Below the pieces are notes generated by a model. The model did no database searches, was not told where the DNA came from, and worked only from the letters and a program-made list of their open reading frames with translations. A stretch of DNA of 30,230 nt from Campylobacterota bacterium (GTDB lineage Bacteria; Campylobacterota; Campylobacteria; Campylobacterales; Sulfurimonadaceae): positions 28,471 through 58,700 of the forward strand of contig JAYEMF010000011.1 of the NCBI GenBank assembly GCA_034717975.1. Reading direction: 5' to 3'. Positions 29,266 through 30,230 of this stretch are shown piece by piece (positions within the stretch are counted from its first letter, which is position 1; every line of letters begins with the position of its first letter). Made by a program: the position numbers and the translations under genes.

Positions 29266-29729
29266 GTTTTTTGAAAGTTGATGAAGGTTGGTTCTAGTAC
29301 CAAATGAAAAGCATCTTCAATTAGCCTTCTTTTAAATTCATCGTTTACTTCGATCCAAACTATAGTCACATTGTATGTTGAATTATCACCTTTTAGCTTT
29401 TTATTAAAAAAAGCTGGATACATTCCCTTTTTACTATCTCCGGCTATTCCTAGTTTTTCACCATTAGCTATAAATATAGACTCATCATAATGGCATTTTA
29501 TTCGGGAATACAGTGATTTTGCTTTTCCTACATAAATAACTTTATTCGTATCTTCTAAATAGTAGATATATATGCCACTTTTCTTACTAACATTTTCTTT
29601 TATAGATTTATAAATCAACTCTTTCTTGCAAATATCTCCATGTTCTAAAATAAAACTGTTTTCAGAAGTTTTATTAAAGCTTTTTAATTGTTCTAGAAAA
29701 AGATTGGTGGTTTCTACTATTTCACTCAT
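29250..29729 (-). CDS. GIY-YIG nuclease family protein, cassette-borne
   Basis: SGIYIYY...IYVGKA..L..RI..H, downstream E and N (IE...FIN); GAGGA RBS directly after R'. Confidence 0.85.
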   Translation of the reverse strand: MSEIVETTNLFLEQLKSFNKTSENSFILEHGDICKKELIYKSIKENVSKKSGIYIYYLEDTNKVIYVGKAKSLYSRIKCHYDESIFIANGEKLGIAGDSKKGMYPAFFNKKLKGDNSTYNVTIVWIEVNDEFKRRLIEDAFHLVLEPTFINFQKTYNKN

Positions 29730-29740
29730 ATATAATCCTC

Positions 29741-29809
29741 ATATAACGGTTGAGTTGAGAAATACTTGAGCCGCAGGGTCAAATATTTCTCTCCAATGAT
29801 TTGTTATGT
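29741..29809 (-). mobile_element. Integron attC site
   Basis: Minus strand R'' ACATAAC-AAATC-L'' ATTGGAGA-inner hairpin-L' TCTCAAC-TCAACC-R' GTTATAT; 69 bp. Confidence 0.88.
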
Positions 29810-29810
29810 T

Positions 29811-30230
29811 TTATATTTTAATGATACCTTCGAGATATTTTTTTGCATAACCAGATATTTCAACTCTATTATTTTTTAATAAGCAAAAAACTTCTCCACC
29901 ACGTTGTGAAACTTGTCTTGCTCTAAAAGTATGTTTAGATAAAACCTTATGCCAATAAGGGATTAATTGAGTAAATGCTGAACCTGTCACTGGATCTTCA
30001 TTTATACCATATTTTGGAGCAAAGAATCTATTGATAAAATCGTATGTTTGACTTTTTGAAGTTATTATAATTCCTCGTCCATCAATCTCTTTTAAGAAGT
30101 CAAAATTTGGCTTAGCATTTAAAATATCATCTTCATTTTCAAATACTAAAATATAATCCATGGATTTATAACACTCTATTGGTTTTACTTCAAATGCTTT
30201 TAATAAATTACTTGTTATGTCACATTTTAT
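29811..30230 (-). CDS. PhzF-family isomerase/epimerase, 5'-truncated by window edge, cassette-borne
   Basis: RFFAPKYGINEDPVTGSA and QVSQRGG motifs; frame stays open from 30161 to the window end. Confidence 0.88.
   Translation of the reverse strand: MKCDITSNLLKAFEVKPIECYKSMDYILVFENEDDILNAKPNFDFLKEIDGRGIIITSKSQTYDFINRFFAPKYGINEDPVTGSAFTQLIPYWHKVLSKHTFRARQVSQRGGEVFCLLKNNRVEISGYAKKYLEGIIKI

Noticed and set aside
28203..29809. CRISPR array interpretation of the palindromes
   Set aside because: The units differ in sequence, are separated by whole genes, and no cas genes are present; attC layout fits better
29811..30161. PhzF as a short 116-aa gene or pseudogene
   Set aside because: The frame is open to the window end, so the short length reflects truncation by the window

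Overview
Bacterial chromosomal window. Gene content and order point to Campylobacterota, probably Sulfurimonas-like (inference). Positions 1-28124 are mostly core genome: the 3' part of dnaK, an ABC ATPase, the ctpA-purC-purS-purQ-(SH3)-plsC-crcB cluster, a YdgA-like gene, clpB with a HAIR-like operator, a small tetraheme cytochrome c, chorismate mutase, a sigma28-type gene, a DHH phosphoesterase, flhA, rrf2, rpsO, a TraF-like beta-barrel, an AsmA-like protein, kdsB, a tRNA methyltransferase-YkgJ-TPR-trpC run, yqeY, flgH with a sigma54 promoter, and an exported transglutaminase-like protein. From about 28200 the DNA becomes visibly AT-rich. This part is the distal end of a minus-strand integron cassette array with three attC-like sites, carrying PhzF (cut by the window edge), a GIY-YIG nuclease and a Fic protein, plus eroded gene remnants. 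A near-perfect palindrome with attC-like arms marks the boundary. No integrase lies in the window. The most notable items are the array and its boundary, the tetraheme cytochrome with extra cysteines, an exact 18-bp intergenic direct repeat, and a purine heptamer repeat beside a symmetric bidirectional promoter.
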